Position numbers and translations under genes: made by a program. This document shows, piece by piece, positions 60,200 to 64,000 of a stretch of DNA of 64,000 bases; position 1 is the stretch's first letter, and every line of letters starts with the position of its first letter. This stretch comes from Methanocaldococcus sp. 16A. GTDB lineage: Archaea > AGJL01 > Methanococci > Methanococcales > Methanocaldococcaceae. The DNA lies in the NCBI GenBank assembly GCA_049860595.1, contig CP187551.1; one strand, written 5' to 3'. The notes under the pieces were generated by a model. It had not been told where the DNA came from. It saw nothing but the letters and a program-made list of their open reading frames with translations, and did no database searches.

Positions 60200-61822
60200 T
60201 TAAAGATTTTTTAAATATTCATCAATATCGTAATCTAACTTTTCAAACCACATTTTCTTTCCTTTTATAACTATGTTTCCCCTCCACTCTTCTTTTGTTT
60301 CTGGAAAATCTTCTCTATAATGAGCTCCTCTACTTTCCTCTCTATATAAAGCAGATTTTGTAACTAATTTTGCAACAACAACCATATTTTTTAATTCAAA
60401 GTATTTCTGCAAATCAATAATTCCACTAACTTTGACATCATCAATATTTTTTTCAATTTCATCAATTTTATTTAATGCAGTTTTTAATCCATCTTCATTT
60501 CTAATAATAGATACATAATCCCACATAATCTTTTTTAAATCATCAATTAAATTATATACATTTAAATTTCCATCTAAGCTTTTTATTTCATCTAATATTT
60601 TTGTAACATCTTCTTCGGCATCAATATTTTCAAATTCATTATTTTCAACAAATTCTTTAGCTGATTTTCCAGCAATGGCTCCAAAAACCTGAGTATCAGC
60701 TAAGGCATTTCCTCCCAATCTATTAGCTCCATGAACTCCTCCTGTAACCTCTCCACAGGCAAATAGACCAATTATGTTAGTTTCACATTTCTCATTAATC
60801 TTTAAACCACCCATAAAATGGTGAGCAGTTGGAGAAACTATCATTGGCTCTTTTCTAATATCAATTCCAACCCTTAAAAACTGCTTTAACATAGTCTCTA
60901 ACTTCTTTTCAATAACTTCATTTGGCAAGTGAGAGACATCTAAATAAACTCCTCCATTAACTCCTCTCCCCTCTTGAATCTCTCTATAAATTGCTCTTGC
61001 AACAACATCTCTTGTTGATAATTCCATTCTTTCCTTATCATACTTTGCCATAAATCTTTCTTTATTTTTGTTATATAAAATCCCTCCTTCTCCTCTAACC
61101 GCCTCTGTAACTAAAATTCCTGTTCCAACCATTCCTGTTGGATGGAATTGTACCATCTCCATATCTATAAGTTCAGCTCCTTCATTATAAGCAATTGCAA
61201 ATCCATCTCCTGTCTTTTGTATTGGATTGGACGTTATAGGATAGAGTTGCCCAGCTCCTCCGGTAGCTAATATTGTAGCTTTGGCAAATATTGGAAATAT
61301 CTCTCCAGTTTTTAAATCTAAAAATATAGCTCCATAGCATCTATTGTCATTAACAATTAATTTTATTGCCATAACCTCTTCTAAAATTTTAATCCTTTCA
61401 AATTTTGATATATATTCCATCAATCCCCTCATTATCTCATGTCCTGTTCTATCACCACAGTAGCATGTTCTATTAAAACTCTGCCCACCAAATGGTCTTT
61501 GAGCTATAAATCCATCTTCATTTCTATCAAACAAAGCTCCAAACTTTTCTAAGTTTAAAAGTTCCTTAGGAGCGTTTTTAACTAAAATCTCTACCAACTT
61601 TGGATTATTTATAAATCCTCCACCTTTTACTGTATCATAAAAATGCTTTTTAAAACTATCTTTTGGGTTAAAAACTGCATTATATCCTCCTTCAGCCATA
61701 ACTGTGCATCCACTTTTTCCAAATAATCCCTTAACAGCTATTATGACATTTTTATCCCTACATTCTATTGCTGCCCTTGCAGCAGCTCCTCCTCCACCTA
61801 TAATTAGAATATCAGTTTTCAT
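60200..61822 (-). CDS. tfrA: thiol:fumarate reductase flavoprotein subunit (TfrA, FrdA/SdhA family)
   Basis: IGGGGA, SGCTVMAEGG, QFHPTG, HGANRLGGN, ESRGAH. Confidence 0.88.
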   Translation of the reverse strand: MKTDILIIGGGGAAARAAIECRDKNVIIAVKGLFGKSGCTVMAEGGYNAVFNPKDSFKKHFYDTVKGGGFINNPKLVEILVKNAPKELLNLEKFGALFDRNEDGFIAQRPFGGQSFNRTCYCGDRTGHEIMRGLMEYISKFERIKILEEVMAIKLIVNDNRCYGAIFLDLKTGEIFPIFAKATILATGGAGQLYPITSNPIQKTGDGFAIAYNEGAELIDMEMVQFHPTGMVGTGILVTEAVRGEGGILYNKNKERFMAKYDKERMELSTRDVVARAIYREIQEGRGVNGGVYLDVSHLPNEVIEKKLETMLKQFLRVGIDIRKEPMIVSPTAHHFMGGLKINEKCETNIIGLFACGEVTGGVHGANRLGGNALADTQVFGAIAGKSAKEFVENNEFENIDAEEDVTKILDEIKSLDGNLNVYNLIDDLKKIMWDYVSIIRNEDGLKTALNKIDEIEKNIDDVKVSGIIDLQKYFELKNMVVVAKLVTKSALYREESRGAHYREDFPETKEEWRGNIVIKGKKMWFEKLDYDIDEYLKNL

Positions 61823-61960
61823 TTTTATCACCAAAAAATAGGATATTCTCATTAGATATTTAAAAGTTATAAATCAAAATAGTTTTGTGAAAAATAATAA
61901 CACACACATGAAAATTAGACAGTTTAGAATAAAAAAAGAAGAGTAAATAGTGCAGTGTTT

Positions 61961-62809
61961 TTAGTATGGAACAGGAAGTCCTAACTCTTTCCTATGTTCG
62001 ATTTCTTTCATATTCTTATCCTTTTTAGTCTTAGCTAATTTCTCAACTAATCCTAATCCTGGTTTAACTTCATCTATTGGTTTAATTTCTAAATAACCAT
62101 CTTCAACCATTTTGTTGAATATCTCTTCTGCTCTTTCAGTTCTTATAAACACTGTGCTCCATCCATCTGGGCTTCCAACTGAACCTGTTGAAATATCTGC
62201 CAATTCTGCTGTATAATCTGTACAGACGTGGCAAGCGATTTGTTCATAAGGATGAGTTTCTTTTAATTTAATTGCTTTTGTTTCACCCCATTTTGTATAA
62301 ACCCAAAACTTACCCTTTCCAATATCCATTTTAACGACATCTTCCATCTTAACTCCACAGTGTTCTTCAACAATTAACTTTAATCCATTGTATGGGAAGT
62401 TCTCCATACAGAAGATTCCAATGATTAAAGCAATTTTATCTGGAACATGCCTAAATCCAACTGGAAACTTCATTAACTTTCTTACAGCCCTAACTTGGCA
62501 TGGAGTCCCTACAACTCCAATTTTTTCACATCCATATTCTCTAACAGCACTCTTTAATACTGATATATTAGGACAGACGGTATATTTTGTTCCTGCTGCT
62601 TCTAAAACCTCTTCTGGTGTTGTAGCTACCTTAGGAACTGCCTTAAATTCTCCAGCATTGTCTGCAACTATAACTCCATCCAACAAATTATTCTCTAAAC
62701 CATAAATAAAAGCTGTTGAAACAATCCCCCCATCCTGTGCTTTCTTTAAAACTTCTTTTAATGTACTTCTTGCTGAAACTACTTTCTTATAAGTTCCAAA
62801 AGGATTCAT
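61961..62809 (-). CDS. frhB: coenzyme F420-reducing hydrogenase subunit beta
   Basis: [35 protein letters not shown]. Confidence 0.95.
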   Translation of the reverse strand: MNPFGTYKKVVSARSTLKEVLKKAQDGGIVSTAFIYGLENNLLDGVIVADNAGEFKAVPKVATTPEEVLEAAGTKYTVCPNISVLKSAVREYGCEKIGVVGTPCQVRAVRKLMKFPVGFRHVPDKIALIIGIFCMENFPYNGLKLIVEEHCGVKMEDVVKMDIGKGKFWVYTKWGETKAIKLKETHPYEQIACHVCTDYTAELADISTGSVGSPDGWSTVFIRTERAEEIFNKMVEDGYLEIKPIDEVKPGLGLVEKLAKTKKDKNMKEIEHRKELGLPVPY

Positions 62810-62839
62810 CCTATTCCACCTCAAAAAATTATAATTATT

Positions 62840-63532
62840 TTATTCAATCTTCTCAATTAACTCTGGGAATCTAATTCTTGGACACTGAACTGAGCAAGCT
62901 CCACATTTAATACAAAGCTCTTTTAAGATGTTTGGTCTTCCATCTAACATCTCTATAGCTCTTGTTGGACATGCTGAAGCACATGTCCCACAACCCATAC
63001 ATAGGGATTTATTAACCACTTTGTACAATAAATCACATCCACATGCTTCACTTCCTTTTTCTGCTAATTCAGCAAATGGTTGTAAATATTCCATATCTCC
63101 ATTTAATGCAGCTGTTATTACTGAAACTATCGCCTCTGGTGAAGGAGGACAACCTGGAATTGCTAAATCTACTTTAATAACTTCAGTTAATGGAGAGAAT
63201 GAGCTATGAACTGGCTTTGATAATTGGTTTCCTCTACAGTATCTTGTAACTCCACCAGTTGCTGCACAAGCTCCTAAAGCTACAACAATCTTTGCTTTTT
63301 CTCTAACTTCCTTAGCAACTTCCAATGAGTGGTGGTCATCTAAACATACTGAACCTTCAACTAAAGCAATGTCACATTCAGGAATTTCTCTTGCATCTGC
63401 TAAAGTTTGACAATAAACTAACTCAATTGAATTCAAAACATCTAAAAGCTTTTCATAGGTATCTGCTAAAGAAACCAAACAGCCACAACAACTACACAAT
63501 TGGATATGAGCAACTTTAACCACTTTAATCAC
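62840..63532 (-). CDS. frhG: coenzyme F420-reducing hydrogenase subunit gamma
   Basis: [20 protein letters not shown], two C-terminal ferredoxin motifs. Confidence 0.95.
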   Translation of the reverse strand: MIKVVKVAHIQLCSCCGCLVSLADTYEKLLDVLNSIELVYCQTLADAREIPECDIALVEGSVCLDDHHSLEVAKEVREKAKIVVALGACAATGGVTRYCRGNQLSKPVHSSFSPLTEVIKVDLAIPGCPPSPEAIVSVITAALNGDMEYLQPFAELAEKGSEACGCDLLYKVVNKSLCMGCGTCASACPTRAIEMLDGRPNILKELCIKCGACSVQCPRIRFPELIEKIE

Positions 63533-64000
63533 CTCTTAACTCTCTAAGAATTATATCCACTGCCTTATCTACTGCTTTTTCAACTTCTTCACTCAATCCA
63601 ATATATACATCAGGTTCAGAGATGTATTTAGCTTGACAACCAACAACTTTAACCTCTATATTGTATTTTTCGGCAACTTCTCTCAATAGAGAAGCTAAAG
63701 GCCATGCATGAGAATCTAATCTATTATATTTTGGATTTGGAAGTTCATCTTTTTCAATTATTTTTATTTCTCCAGGTTTTAGTCCCCAATCAATTACATC
63801 AACGACAATTATCTTTTTTGTTTTTGAGCTTTCATCTATCAATGTTAAAACCTGCTGAGGGGCTCCAGCTCCAGCATCAACTAAAGCTATTTTCTCTTTT
63901 TCTTTTTCAGTTAAGATTTTATTCAATTTTTCAATGACATGAACGCTAAAGCCATCATCAGCAAATAATATATTCCCACAAGCCAATACCATAATTTCTT
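63525..64000 (-). CDS. frhD: F420-reducing hydrogenase maturation protease (5' end probably beyond the window)
   Basis: [22 protein letters not shown]. Confidence 0.92.
   Translation of the reverse strand, partial: EIMVLACGNILFADDGFSVHVIEKLNKILTEKEKEKIALVDAGAGAPQQVLTLIDESSKTKKIIVVDVIDWGLKPGEIKIIEKDELPNPKYNRLDSHAWPLASLLREVAEKYNIEVKVVGCQAKYISEPDVYIGLSEEVEKAVDKAVDIILRELRGD

Noticed and set aside
61853-64000. Selenocysteine codon or SECIS element in the hydrogenase genes
   Set aside because: No in-frame TGA in frhB/G/D and no SECIS-like hairpin seen; the large subunit gene is outside the window

Overview
AT-rich archaeal chromosome segment from a hyperthermophilic methanogen. Protein sequences and gene order closely match Methanocaldococcus (M. 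jannaschii-like; assignment from recall, not a search). Most of the window is core genome: an rps13-rps4-rps11-rpoD-rpl18e-rpl13-rps9-rpoN-rpoK cluster, purM/purF, asd, the A1A0 ATP synthase operon, glyS, eno, trpD/G, argS, dapA, PCNA-GINS, Pus10-L21e-RpoF, SufCB, thiol:fumarate reductase, F420-reducing hydrogenase and four tRNAs. Features missing from the ORF track that can be read from the sequence: rpoK, an eL41/eS32 gene that probably starts at ATA, a 32-aa membrane micro-protein, a box H/ACA guide RNA whose pocket matches 23S helix 69, and a box C/D guide RNA. Mobile or accessory content: a solo TnpB with a non-canonical RuvC-III (Asp to Gln) whose 3' end overlaps a structured omega-RNA-like region with three nested kink-turn motifs; a LAGLIDADG intein in an EndoQ-like PHP nuclease; nine copies plus two half-copies of a 50-96 bp intergenic palindromic element; a second triple-hairpin element, one end of which sits at a synonymous duplication of the rpoK 3' end; and a LamG/PEGA surface protein. 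No CRISPR array or rRNA was seen.
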